Below are positions 1-11,606 of a stretch of 32,519 nucleotides of DNA, one piece after another. Origin of the DNA: Octopus bimaculoides (lineage: Eukaryota). A program made the position numbers and the translations under genes. The stretch lies in contig NC_068982.1 in NCBI RefSeq assembly GCF_001194135.2, positions 184,622,127-184,654,645 of the forward strand, in the 5' to 3' direction. A model generated the notes under the pieces. It was not told where the DNA came from and did no database searches. It saw only the letters and a program-made list of their open reading frames with translations. Position 1 is the stretch's first letter; each line of letters begins with the position of its first letter.

Positions 1-55
1 GAACCTAGGACCATGTGGTTGGTAAGCAAGTTATTTACCACACAGCCACTCCTGT
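1..55 (-). mobile_element. SINE family A (tRNA-derived, composite), 5' head fragment cut by the window edge
   Basis: Reverse complement of the head GGAGTGGCTGTGTGGTAA...CCAACCACATGGT seen in the complete copy at 26848-27247. Confidence 0.8.
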
Positions 56-61
56 CCATCG

Positions 62-91
62 TATCTATCTATCTATCTATCTATCTATCTA
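62..91. repeat. (TATC)n microsatellite
   Basis: Directly visible tandem TATC units. Confidence 0.95.
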
Positions 92-216
92 GATATTATT
101 AAAAAATAGGGTAAAAAATCATATATTAATTAATATCGATTAATTACCAGGAAGCTAGCACATTTAAAGAATCAAAGAGATTCAGAAACAGTATCTCCAA
201 TCTCAGGGGATTAAAG

Positions 217-361
217 TACATTTATATATATGACGTTGACCACTAACGTGGACATTCAATGTGCTAGAAATAGACACAAGGTCTTATTAGACACAAGATG
301 TGATCTATTTCTAGCACATTGAATGTCCACGTTAGTGGTCAACGTCATATATAAAAATGTA
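217..361. repeat. Long inverted repeat (fold-back) with 58-bp arms
   Basis: 217-274 is the reverse complement of 304-361 with one mismatch; 29-nt spacer. Confidence 0.95.
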
Positions 362-391
362 TCTATCTAGATAGATAGATACGATACGATG

Positions 392-549
392 AGTTTATTT
401 CAGTTTCCGTCAACTAAATCCACTCACAAGGCTTTGGGGACCCTGTGGCTATAGTAGAAGACACTCGCTCAAGGTATCACTCCGTAGGATTGAACCCGGA
501 ATTATGCGGTTAGGAAGCAAACTTCTTACCACACAGCCATACCTGCACC
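392..549 (-). mobile_element. SINE family A, 5' half
   Basis: CAGTTTCCGTC...AAATCCACTCACAAGGCTTT...GAAGACAC...CTTCTTACCACACAGCCAT matches the reverse complement of 26848-27000. Confidence 0.85.
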
Positions 550-1597
550 CGTCCAGTATTCTTTTTTTTTATGGTTAAATGATGTGTTTTTGAGGTGCAG
601 TTAGTCATTATTTTTAACAGGGTATGTGCTACGTACAGGCCCCTTCAATTACTGGTATAATACTCTTGATGTTAGTTAAAGTGGTGCTAACGGAGTTCTG
701 CTGTAATTACCCTATCAAAGACAGCTTCGTTTCCTCTTCCTCTACTTCTACTTTTCACGTGGAAATGTTGAAGCACCTCAAACTCCCATTAACAGTTTGC
801 CTATAAATAATCAGAAACTTTATACGCACGTCAGATAATCTGTCTTCTTCCTCCGTCTCTTCACATAAATGACTTTTAGTGACGGTCAGTAAATAATAAA
901 TGGATACTAAATGACCAGCCGCCTTTCACGAATCAGTGGACTTTGAGCGACTTCAATCTCTCTCAAATGTCACTATTTGCCTTTTATTTTGGTCCCCGAC
1001 AAAGAGATACTTTATTTTATTTTTACAACCCCTTCATTCTCTCTTATTTCGAATGCATATCAGAGCACTTCTTTTTCTATTTTTTCCTTTTCTTAATTTC
1101 CTGTCCACTTCTACTTCTCCCTTTCCTCTTTCTCGATTTCTTTATCTACCATTTTTTTTTGCTTTTTTGTCTTCAAACATTTTGCGTGTTTATATACTTA
1201 TTTTAATGTTAGCGTGTTTTGTTTAGTTAAGTGTGTTTAGTCTGTTTAATGGGTTAGTGTGTAGCAATGAACCACACCCTTACCCCACCATTGTACCTCC
1301 TGTAACAGATGACCTCAATACAGTAAATGTTTAGGCTGGTTGACGTGTCCAGTGAGCCAAAACAACCCACTTGAAACTTCAAAGACAATCCATCAGATTT
1401 TAGCGAGGTTGTTAGTCGTAAAAATGTCAGTTTTTACGCCGGTCACCGGTGTACAGTTTCACCTCGTAGGTCACAGAGGGCTGCACAGTGCCCTTCATTT
1501 AGTCACAGCTTGTTTTTGTTCTGTTCTCCCTTTAAACACACACACACGCACACACGCACACACACGCACACTCGCGCACGTACTACGCACAGGCATC

Positions 1598-1722
1598 GCT
1601 GTATGGTTTACTTCCCAACCACATGGTTCTGGGGTCAGTCATTGCGTAGCACCTTGGCAAATATCTTCTACTATCGCCTCCGGCAGACCAAAACCTTGTC
1701 AGTAGATCTGGTAGACGGAAAC
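1598..1722 (+). mobile_element. SINE family A, degraded 5' half
   Basis: CCAACCACATGGTTC...CACCTTGGCAA...CTTCTACTAT...AAACCTTGT...GGTAGACGGAAAC, followed by the family's internal TA/CA tract. Confidence 0.75.
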
Positions 1723-1742
1723 ATCATATATATACATACATT

Positions 1743-1746
<4 letters not shown>

Positions 1747-1793
<47 letters not shown>

Positions 1794-1806
1794 ACACACA
1801 CACACG
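1747..1806. repeat. (CA)n microsatellite
   Basis: Directly visible. Confidence 0.95.
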
Positions 1807-2839
1807 CTTTCATTGTAATGATTTTGGGAGAATNNNNNNNNNNACACACGCTTTCATTGTAATGATTTTGGGAGAATGTTTAACAATAAGAAAATTCTGC
1901 GATACGATTCAGTTTCGATTCTTGTTTGAAGCTAATTCAAGAAAAAGGCTTCGACATAAGTCAATGTCCTGTAACTTGGCTTGTTTTCTCTATTTTTTTT
2001 CAGTGTCGTGTTGAACAAAGCACCTATGACTCTACAAGAAAAGGAAATAGTTGCCAGCAGACTGGGGACCTAGGTTGAATAGTTGCAACAGAGTAGACTC
2101 CACTCAAGGCACGCTGCGTCATCGCGAATTAAGTCTAATATCCCCAAACTACAGAGATTAATTTAATCAAGGTCCTAGTAAGACCTCTCCGCAAAACGCT
2201 TTCAGATTTTATTTAAAACACCTCGCTTAAAACATTGCTAATATGTTTTGAAAAAGCTTGCGGATTGCAACATCCGGCGTCAACTTCGCTAACAATATTT
2301 GTGAGGGATGTTAAAGTGAACGTCCTGAAGTTGACATTAAAGCGATGTTTCACTTTCCTTCAAAGAAGCGGTAAAGGATAATTATTGCACAGCATCTACT
2401 ACACAGCACAACCGTACAAGAATACTCCTTCGACATTACCGTCACAGCATCACCTTTAAAACATAATCATAAATACGAGGTCTTTTCTACGGGAAGGAGT
2501 GCAACTAAAGATTACAACTTCTCCAATGTTAGCTTGCACACGTCAATGCATTTTATTAACGCCCATAGTTCTACAAGAATTTTTGCATTTTTTCATAAAC
2601 TAGGGGATGGCTACTGACAGTAAGCTTAAGGCTTATATAATGCACAAATATAAAGAAAGAATTAAAGAGAAAAGGGCTCATATTGAATGCTATCGATAAT
2701 ATCGAGTGGAAATAGTGGGGGAGGGGGCTGCAGTTCCGCAGTGCCTATACACGAGCCGCCTCTGCCCTGTGCATATACCCTGTACACACATACGGTGTCT
2801 GTCTGTCTGTCTCTCTGTGTGTATATCTTTTATCCATTG

Positions 2840-3030
2840 TCTTTTACTTGTTTCAGTCATTTGACTGCTGCCATGCTGGAGCACTGCTTTGAATGGTTTT
2901 AGCTGAACGAATCGACCCTAGGACTTATGTTTTGAAGCCTAGTACTTATTCTATCTGTCTCTGTTTCTGAACCGCTTTGTTACGGGGACGTAAGCACACA
3001 AACAGCTGTTGTCAAACGGTGGTGGTGGAC
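2840..3030 (-). mobile_element. SINE family A, 3' half
   Basis: TCTTTTACTTGTTTCAGTCATTTGACTGC.GCCATGCTGGAGCAC...AGTACTTATTCTATC...GAACCGCT...TTACGGGGACGTAA is the reverse complement of 27050-27245. Confidence 0.9.
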
Positions 3031-3544
3031 ACACACACACACACACACACACANNNNNNNNNNNNNNNNNNNNNNNNNNNNNNNNNNNNNNNNNNNNNNN
3101 NNNNNNNNNNNNNNNNNNNNNNNNNNNNNNNNNNNNNNNNNNNNNNNNNNNNNNNNNNNNNNNNNNNNNNNNNNNNNNNNNNNNNNNNNNNNNNNNNNNN
3201 NNNNNNNNNNNNNNNNNNNNNNNNNNNNNNNNNNNNNNNNNNNNNNNNNNNNNNNNNNNNNNNNNNNNNNNNNNNNNNNNNNNNNNNNNNNNNNNNNNNN
3301 NNNNNNNNNNNNNNNNNNNNNNNNNNNNNNNNNNNNNNNNNNNNNNNNNNNNNNNNNNNNNNNNNNNNNNNNNNNNNNNNNNNNNNNNNNNNNNNNNNNN
3401 NNNNNNNNTGTGTGTGTGTGTGTGTGTGTGTGTGTTCGTATTTATGCATAAATACATACACGTACATAAGGAAACGAGTGTATTTTTATGTCTGCAACTT
3501 TCTTAATTTATTAGGTCTGGAGGCTGAGATCGTACCCTTGGTTT

Positions 3545-4040
3545 TCATTGGTCCTCCATGACCGAAGAGAATTATGTGGACAATATTCCGCTTAAATTTT
3601 TTGCAAGACAATATTCACAGGGAAGATACGTGCTCGGAGAAAATTCCAGAGATTGAAGTTCTGGGGAGGGGAAACTAAGCGTATTGACTAGTGCGGGACC
3701 TAGATGGGACGGACAAAGGAAGGGTAATGAGAGGAGGAGAAAGAAAGGGGTTGAGAGTACCTAATTAAATCAAAAGCTAGAGGCCATTATAGAAGCGATA
3801 GAAATAGTAGGGAAGACAGCACACCGATAGGTCAGAAACTCGAGCATGTCTGGGAATGAATAAGCTAATAAATAAGTCGAATGATGTGCAACAGCATCGC
3901 ACATATGTGAGTAGTCATCTGAGCATTGCAGAATGTTGATAACAGTGATGGGGAGGGGTGAGTATTTTCTGGGTCTGAAGAGAAGGGTCCGCCATTGAGT
4001 GCGCTTTGGCCATGAGAGATCTTTACTGTCACTGATGTGA
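3545..4040 (-). pseudogene. Decayed CR1-clade LINE ORF2, C-terminal region and 3' end
   Basis: Manual minus-strand translation across frameshifts gives LFRPRKYSP, LLSTFCNAQM, DYSHMCDA, YYFYRFYNGL and KFKRNIVHI. These are colinear with CR1-type motifs LFRARKYF / LLTLYKAQI / EYCSHVW / LFYRYYxG / FKSRINRHL recalled from the family. Confidence 0.7.
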
Positions 4041-4144
4041 GAGAAACACGGACATTCTAAATAAATCTGTATCTATATATATATATATGTGAGGCGTGGC
4101 TGTGTTGTTGACCTATAGGTGCTGTTGTGGTTATGTGGTTACGA

Positions 4145-4315
4145 AGTGAGGATGACGTCATGCCACACCACATCGTTGTACAGAGCCTTAGGCTTCATAC
4201 AGGTGGCTACGTGAAGCTGTTGGAGACTGTGGTTAAACCCTAGCGGGAAAGGGTTGCTGCTGGAAGGCCATATATGTGAGTGGCAGCAGGATTGGACTCC
4301 TACATAGTTCAACCT
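4145..4315 (+). pseudogene. maT-type (DD37D) Tc1/mariner transposase fragment, catalytic domain up to the second D
   Basis: Translates DDVMPHHIVVQSLRLHTGGYVKLLETVVKP*RERVAAGRPYM, then WQQD after a frameshift. Confidence 0.75.
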
Positions 4316-4499
4316 ACACAAGTAAATGTGTGAATAACAAAATAGGAATGTTGAAAGAAGTTTCTATAAAACTAGTTTTTAAACATCGAAGGCTGTGGGG
4401 ATCCACCAGAATAAAATAGTATGGTGATCGTCATAGTGGTGGTTGTGATGAAGTTGTTGCTGTTGTTGGTGGTAGTGGTGTTGTTGGTGGTAGTAGTTT

Positions 4500-5158
4500 G
4501 GATCTTGTTCAAAACGGGGGCACCAGTATTTTCTTAACGAAACACTAACGAAACACTTTGAAACTTGGGACACTGGTAGAATGTCATATAAAACAGCTTT
4601 TACTCTTAGTCTTCTTAACAAAAAAACCTACATCGCAAGTTATTCCATGTTAAAGTTGTCGTATTTCTGTAATTTCAACCAATCACTGATGTCTATTCAG
4701 CTGAATAGAGTTACTGCTGGCCGGTCATAAAAATGTTATTCCCTGTGACATACTTCATCCGGTTTAATCGTAATTTATACGCATATATTGTTTATATAAT
4801 AAATTACGCTGTGCGTACCTATGTGTGTAACAATTTTAGAGTTCGGATTCTAGAGTTAGGGTTAGTTTTAGGGTTAGGGTTAGGGTTAACAGTCTAGTTA
4901 GGGTTAGGGTTAGGGTTAGGGGATTAATACGATATACACCGTTACAGCGCAAACTGTTTTCAACTGAATAGACGTCAGTGATTAGTAGAAATTATCGAAA
5001 TAAGACAATATTTTACATGAAATAAATTCGAATACAAAAATTATTTTCTGTTCTATAATACAAAATAGATAAGTCTACGAAGTTTGAAAGTCTTTCGGTA
5101 CCAAAAACACTACATAAAACATAAAGGAAAGCTGGTGCCCCCGTTTTGAACAAGATCC
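4500..5158. mobile_element. Non-autonomous DNA transposon (MITE) with GGATC termini, 8-bp TSD and (TTAGGG)n core, copy 1
   Basis: Perfect 27-bp TIRs GGATCTTGTTCAAAACGGGGGCACCAG (4500-4526 / 5132-5158); TSD AGTAGTTT at 4492-4499 and 5159-5166; related copy at 27307-27943. Confidence 0.92.
4855..4922 (+). repeat. Interstitial telomere-type (TTAGGG)n arrays inside the MITE
   Basis: Two runs of GTTAGG/TTAGGG units separated by TTAACAGTCTAG. Confidence 0.9.
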
Positions 5159-5262
5159 AGTAGTTTTGTTGTTGTTGGTGGTGGTGGTGGTCATGATGGT
5201 TCTGGTGATGGTTGTGGTGGTAGTCGTGAATGTGGTTATGGTTGTGCTGATGTTGAGATGGT

Positions 5263-5651
5263 GGAGGCGCAATAGCCCACTGGTTAGGGCAAGTGGACTC
5301 GCAGTCATAGGATCGCGGTTTCGATTCCCAGACCGGGCGTGGTGAGTGTTTATTGAGCGAAAACACCTAAACCTCCACGAGGCTCCGGCAGGCGATGGTG
5401 GCGAACCCTGCTGTACTCTTCCACCACAACTTTCTCTCACTCTTACTTCCTGTTTCTGTTGTGCCTGTAATTCAAAGGGTCAGCCTTGTCACACTGTGTC
5501 ACGCTGAATATCCCCGAGAACTACGTTAAGGGTACACGTGTCTGTGGAGTGGTCATCCACTTGCACGTTAATTTCACGAGCAGGCTGTTCCGTTGATCGG
5601 ATCAACTGGAACCCTCGTCGTCGTAAGCGACGGAGTGCCAACAACAACAAC
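5263..5651 (+). mobile_element. Full-length tRNA-derived SINE, family B
   Basis: A-box-like TAGCCCACTGGTTAG, B-box GGTTTCGATTCCC, (ACA)n tail, and 14-bp TSD GATGTTGAGATGGT at 5249-5262 and 5652-5665. Confidence 0.92.
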
Positions 5652-6783
5652 GATGTTGAGATGGTTGTGAGAGGGTTGATGGAGGCAATAATAATCATGA
5701 TGGCGGTGACGTGAAGGTGACTGTATATAATATTTGTAGTGTTGGTGAAGGCCTCGGGGTTGATATAGTAGTGTTTACTGGTAGGGTCTCAAATATGTAG
5801 TTTATTTGAGTTGTAAAATTTAGCTTTTTTTAAAAAAAAAAAAAAACTACATGTAAGGGAAGGTGACTGCAATAATATCTCATAGGAGTGATAATTGTCT
5901 TTAAAGTCGACTGATGGACGCAATAGACATGTTTCAGCTTACTTAAACCTCTTTAGTGAACCACATTCCACCCAGTTAGAAAAACAACAACTTTGAGTTA
6001 TGAATATATCGAGGCTTATTATATTAGCGACGTTCATACATAATTACATGCATGTATGCAAAAAATACAACACCATATATAANNNNNNNNNNNNNNNNNN
6101 NNNNNNNNNNNNNNNNNNNNNNNNNNNNNNNNNNNNNNNNNNNNNNNNNNNNNNNNNNNNNNNNNNNNNNNNNNNNNNNNNNNNNNNNNNNNNNNNNNNN
6201 NNNNNNNNNNNNNNNNNNNNNNNNNNNNNNNNNNNNNNNNNNNNNNNNNNNNNNNNNNNNNNNNNNNNNNNNNNNNNNNNNNNNNNNNNNNNNNNNNNNN
6301 NNNNNNNNNNNNNNNNNNNNNNNNNNNNNNNNNNNNNNNNNNNNNNNNNNNNNNNNNNNNNNNNNNNNNNNNNNNNNNNNNNNNNNNNNNNNNNNNNNNN
6401 NNNNNNNNNNNNNNNNNNNNNNNNNNNNNNNNNNNNNNNNNNNNNNNNNNNNNNNNNNNNNNNNNNNNNNNNNNNNNNNNNNNNNNNNNNNNNNNNNNNN
6501 NNNNNNNNNNNNNNNNNNNNNNNNNNNNNNNNNNNNNNNNNNNNNNNNNNNNNNNNNNNNNNNNNNNNNNNNNNNNNNNNNNNNNNNNNNNNNNNNNNNN
6601 NNNNNNNNNNNNNNNNNNNNNNNNNNNNNNNNNNNNNNNNNNNNNNNNNNNNNNNNNNNNNNNNNNNNNNNNNNNNNNNNNNNNNNNNNNNNNNNNNNNN
6701 NNNNNNNNNNNNNNNNNNNNNNNNNNNNNNNNNNNNNNNNNNNNNNNNNNNNNNNNNNNNNNNNNNNNNNNNNNNNNNNNNNN

Positions 6784-7100
6784 TATATATTATTCACGTA
6801 TGCATATATGCATATTGCATAAATATGTATATGTGCGTATATACACACACACATACACACACACATATAGGATGGAGGAGAGGGAGTGATTGAGACAGAT
6901 AGATACACATATATCTGAATATTTAATTTTGTTATGTATGTAACTTTATCGACCTCCGCTTGTTCCAATTTGCCAGTCTTAACCTAATTCCTTTGTCCTG
7001 CCACTTTATATTTGATCATTGCTGCGCACAGCATATATATTCGATCAACAATTATTGAGACAGTGTTTATATATACGCTCGCTCTCGCAAACACACGCAC

Positions 7101-7144
<44 letters not shown>

Positions 7145-7428
7145 ACATTACATGCACACACGCAAACACATACACTCACATGCACGCGCACACACACACA
7201 TTACATACGCATACATACATTCATACAAATACAAACGTGTACATATATATGTATATTTTATGCGCATAAACGTATACGTGCATACACACATTCAGTGTCA
7301 CACACGCGCACACACCAGTGATCAGACTCACACATGTACACACATACATAGACACATACATAGACGCATACATATACGCAAACATTCATATACATATGTA
7401 TGTATATATGTATATCTATCTATTGATC

Positions 7429-7475
<47 letters not shown>

Positions 7476-7572
7476 CTATTCCACTCCGTCTCTTTCGATG
7501 TACACACATACACACACACGCACGCATGCACATATTACACACATATATACACACGCGAACACACGCGGTACG

Positions 7573-7640
<68 letters not shown>
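6784..7640. repeat. Compound CA / TACA / TCTA microsatellite field
   Basis: Directly visible; source of the His/Thr and Ile/Tyr/Leu/Ser pseudo-ORFs. Confidence 0.95.
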
Positions 7641-8209
7641 AGCATTCATACATGTGATCGCAAGCGTGTGCTTATTGCTATTAGAAATATAGATACTTGA
7701 ACCAGTTAATTTCTTTTATTGGCCATATACGTATGTAAATGGCACTTTCTTCAAAGAGAAACGAATGAAATGGGTTCCGTTATCTTGTTATGTCCCTTTG
7801 TTCTTTCTTTGGCTGTTTAGTTTATTTTAACCATCACAGATAAGGTCATGCTGGGATACCACCTTCAGAGAGAAATGTATTTTCGTGCGTGTGTAGATGT
7901 GTGTGTGTGTGTATGTTCGCGCGTGTTTTGCCTCTGTGTTTGGCTAAAGGGCCTATGATTTTGCGATTAACAGTTACATAGCATCTTTAGTTGGTGGTTC
8001 AAAGAATTGGTGCAGGCTGTTTTGTCTTGTCTGAATGCAGTCTTTTGCTGACTATTTACAACGAATGTATAAGAGGAATATGTTTAGATATCTTTTTAAA
8101 TATCTCAAGAAAAACTTCGTTCTATTTTCGTAGATATTTTGAGAAGAAATTGTATAACTGCGAACATAAATACCTTGAAATTTGTGAGCGGTAGCTAGAC
8201 CTACTTAAA

Positions 8210-8370
8210 AGCGGTACACATATTCTTTTCAAAATTCGGCGGCACACCTGAACTAAAAATATGACTAAAAGTATAAGGGGAAAAAATTATATTCAGGTTA
8301 CACTGCGGCACACCTAACATCGTCACATGGAATACCAGTGTGCTGCGACACACCATTGCTGTAGAGTATC
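8210..8370. mobile_element. Probable decayed hAT (Charlie-like) MITE remnant
   Basis: Repeated GCGGCACACCT motif and CCAGTGTGCTGCGACACACC resemble hAT MITE subterminal motifs; no clear TIR or TSD. Confidence 0.35.
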
Positions 8371-9150
8371 GATATCACGGTTGGATCTGCCATACTAAAG
8401 GTTCATAGAACCCACTCAGCGCTAGATTGTTGAGAGTGTGAATAGAATTAGAGAAACAGGCAAATGTAGCTATAGTTAGACCCAGATTACCAATGCGCTT
8501 AAGAGTTTTAAATTGTGTATCTGTCTGGAGAAAGGTAGAACTCATTATAAGGGGTTATCTTTCTGTAATGTAGGTCAGAATTTTTCCGGTACTGAACGAC
8601 ATCTCATTATTATTCTCTGTTATACACGATACCCATGTCTTGTTTAATATCGATTTTTTTGTCTTGATCTCTTACATTACTTTAGTGATGTGGCGTGGCT
8701 GCTCAGTGTGGCCGTTTGTATATTTTCTTCGTGTCTGTCGACATTTTGACGAGCAAAACGAGACAAAGAAAGCTGTCTGCAGGCACGCTACTTATTACCA
8801 CACGCGTTTCTGCCAGGAGCTTAATATTTGACTTGAATCTTCAAGAAATCAGCGATCCAAATACCCATTCTTTCTTTTTATGTAAACACTTTGTCTGCCT
8901 GTGATATAAGATTCCTAGACCAACTAATTAATGATTCTGTCGAAATCAAGGTATACACAGTCAACCCTTGATCCAGGTAACAGACTTTTGAGGTAGAATT
9001 AGTGTTGGATCTTGTTAAGAAAAACTTCACTTGTCTAAGTAGTTTATTAACATTCTGCACACAATTCTCATACAATGTAAATGACACGTGACGTGTCTGT
9101 ACCCTCCTGTCACCTTTATTATGAAACGGTGTCATCACTGCTCCAAATAC

Positions 9151-9152
<2 letters not shown>

Positions 9153-9194
<42 letters not shown>
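9153..9194. repeat. (GAAA)n microsatellite
   Basis: Directly visible. Confidence 0.95.
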
Positions 9195-9195
<1 letters not shown>

Positions 9196-9383
9196 CCGTT
9201 TTAAGCAGGATACCAACGAGGGCCATCGCAGTTTGCTCACGTCTGCAGTGCTCTGTATGGGTGACCTTGATCTTCAATCTAATTGCTGCCCCGCGTTACA
9301 TGAGTTAGTTATTGATTTACATGTGCAGGAATGCATATTTAGTGTTCGTGATGATTTGTGAGGAGTTGGACATTGAAGTTTAG

Positions 9384-9636
9384 GAGGAGCAACATGCTTA
9401 TGTGAAATTCTGTTTCAAATTGGGAAAACGTCTACGTTTTCTAATATTGCATCAGGTCCAAGTGGAGGTTGTTTCTGCTATGCACAACGTCACGAATAGC
9501 AGCAACGTTTTAGGTCAAGCAGAACATTTACCCAAGAAGAGGAAAATCACTTTACGAAATCGTATGACGTGATCTGCGAAAATCGTCGGCTAACTGTCCG
9601 CGATGTTTCCGAAAAAGTAAACATCTGTAAAAGCTT
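9384..9636 (+). pseudogene. Mariner transposase N-terminal (HTH) relic
   Basis: EEQHAYVKFCFKLGK and VICENRRLTVRDVSEKVNICKS match mariner EQRxxIKFCFKLGK / ENRRLTVRE motifs; multiple frameshifts. Confidence 0.75.
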
Positions 9637-9654
9637 GTCAAGCAGTGGTGGATA

Positions 9655-9700
<46 letters not shown>

Positions 9701-9709
9701 ATTCTTTTA

Positions 9710-9915
9710 GTCTTTTACTTGTTTCGATCATTAGACTGCGGCCATGCCGGTTGCACTGCCTCGAAGAATTTTAGTCGAATGAATCGACCCCAGTATCTTT
9801 TATGTTTAAGCTTAACAATTATTCTATCGGTCTCTTTTTCCGAACCGCTAGACCGTAAGCCCACCAACACCGGTTGTCACGCAGTGATAGGAGACAAACA
9901 CAGGCGAACAGACAC
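9710..9915 (-). mobile_element. SINE family A, 3' half
   Basis: Same reverse-complement tail block as 2840-3030. Confidence 0.85.
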
Positions 9916-10082
9916 ATACAAATATATATATTTGAGCTCAGAGCGTAAGGAGCCAGAAGAAATGGTGTTAAGCATTTTGTGCAGCGCACCAGTTGGATTA
10001 AATATGTAAAATAGAGAAAAACACGTTTTCTAGAATTATTTACATCTGGCGCGTATAGCATTCTATACACCCCATACATATA

Positions 10083-10280
10083 CAGTAGTACCTCGGTTTA
10101 CGAACGCATCTGATCCCGAATAAATCGTGCTTTATATATATCTATATCTATATCTATCTATCTAACGGGCCTTGTGCCTAGAGTAGAAAAGTATATCTTT
10201 ATATCTATCTATATGTATATATGTATATAAAGAACGATTTATTCGCTGTCAGCGTTGTTCGAAAACCGGGGTTGCTACTC
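10083..10280. mobile_element. Degenerate Tigger/pogo-like MITE
   Basis: Left end CAGTAGTACCTCGGTTTACGAAC; right end reverse complement GAGTAGCAACCCCGGTTTTCGAAC; inner IR CGAATAAATCGT/ACGATTTATTCG; TA at both flanks (10081-82, 10281-82). Confidence 0.55.
10167..10191 (+). mobile_element. Short 3' tail fragment, probably of SINE family C
   Basis: GGGCCTTGTGCCTAGAGTAGAAAAG resembles the reverse complement of the degraded tail at about 20355-20385. Confidence 0.4.
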
Positions 10281-10286
10281 TACATG

Positions 10287-10325
<39 letters not shown>

Positions 10326-10472
10326 TGCATGCATTTGTGTGTGTATGTGTGTGTCTGTGGGGGTGTTTATGTGTGCGTGCGTGTGTATGTGTGTGTACAA
10401 ATAAATCTCAGTACAAGGTGTTTCTGTTTAGATATATCAGCTATAAATGTACAAATAAGTGAAGATAAAAAT

Positions 10473-10476
<4 letters not shown>

Positions 10477-10556
<80 letters not shown>
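10477..10556. repeat. (CT)n-(AT)n compound microsatellite
   Basis: Directly visible. Confidence 0.95.
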
Positions 10557-10560
<4 letters not shown>

Positions 10561-10820
10561 TATGTATATGTTTATGTATATGTGTCTCTCAGCCAAGCCA
10601 AGTTAACTTGACGGTCACATAAAAGATATCATCATATAATGATTTACGACCAAAGTGACCGCTCTGTGCCAGACCAAATGCCTATCTGTGTACACTTGGT
10701 TATCAAACTACTTACTTTAGGGATACGGCCAACAAGTGGTCAGCCGACAAGTCAAACGCTTTGCTTTAAACCTGATAAATGATCAAAGTAGGGAGGAGGG
10801 TAAGTGAAGGTACAGGGTAT

Positions 10821-10857
<37 letters not shown>

Positions 10858-11015
10858 GTAGATAGATAGATAGATAGATAGATAGATGGAGCGAAAGACA
10901 GAGAGAGAATAAAAGAGGAAGACACAGAGAGAGAGTAAAAGAGGAAGACCGAGAGAGAGAAAGAGAGAGAGAGAGAGGGTAAAAGAGAAAGACTGAGAGA
11001 GAGAGAGAGAGAGAG
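10821..11015. repeat. (GATA)n followed by a GA-rich tract
   Basis: Directly visible. Confidence 0.9.
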
Positions 11016-11606
11016 TGGTGTTGATGGGAAAGATTATGTGTTACTATTGTAGATCTAGCAACCGTGATGATTAAAGGCATTCCAATCGTGACAAAGCCAT
11101 TTTTCCCCTATGTACAGGAAATCCCAGGCCATATCCAATATAATCTTTTCTATAATGGTTGGGTACGATATGAGAACCAAATGATATTGCAAAATTCGGG
11201 TTTCTTTTGGGTACCCCTCGCACATACATACATACACACATAATACATACATACATACATACATACATACGTGTTTTCTGTACTCTGGTTATTATTATTT
11301 TTTGTCTACGTTTTGTTTGCAACGTCCTGTACCCAGATATGCACCTATATATACAGGTAGATGTAGGTATGCACATACCTGTACGTATATATGCATATAC
11401 TCATTTATTATTTGTTTTACATACACACATACATACATACATACATACATACATACAGACAGACAGACATATCATTGATCTTTTACTTGTTTCAGTCACT
11501 GAACTGCAGTCATACTGGGGAAGCGCCGTTCACGGTTTTAGTCGAACAATCGCTCCACTTATTTAATTTTTTGAAGTCAGGTACTACTAATTCTGTCGGT
11601 CACTTT

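Noticed and set aside
712-801. Minus-strand exon candidate (ttatttatAG ... GTAATT)
   Set aside because: Stop codons in all three frames; no support as a non-coding exon.
1310-1520. Relatively GC-rich patch with TCF-, Fox- and AGGTCA-like words
   Set aside because: Short motifs occur by chance; an enhancer cannot be supported from sequence alone.
1800-1877. Apparent ~34-bp direct repeats flanking 10-N gaps (also 13860-14020 and 31983-32062)
   Set aside because: Identical sequence on both sides of a nominal 10-N gap is the signature of unmerged contig overlaps.
2004-2073. Strong plus-strand acceptor (ttgttttctctattttttttcAG) followed by a short open frame
   Set aside because: Only a weak donor (GTTGAA), no recognisable peptide and no partner exon.
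2548-2570. ~20-bp similarity CATTTT-ATTAACGCCCATAG to 21040-21060
   Set aside because: Too short and AT-rich, and it does not extend; likely chance.
5263-5340. tRNA-like A/B boxes here and at 19240-19305
   Set aside because: They are SINE heads continuing into SINE bodies; no complete cloverleaf, so not tRNA genes.
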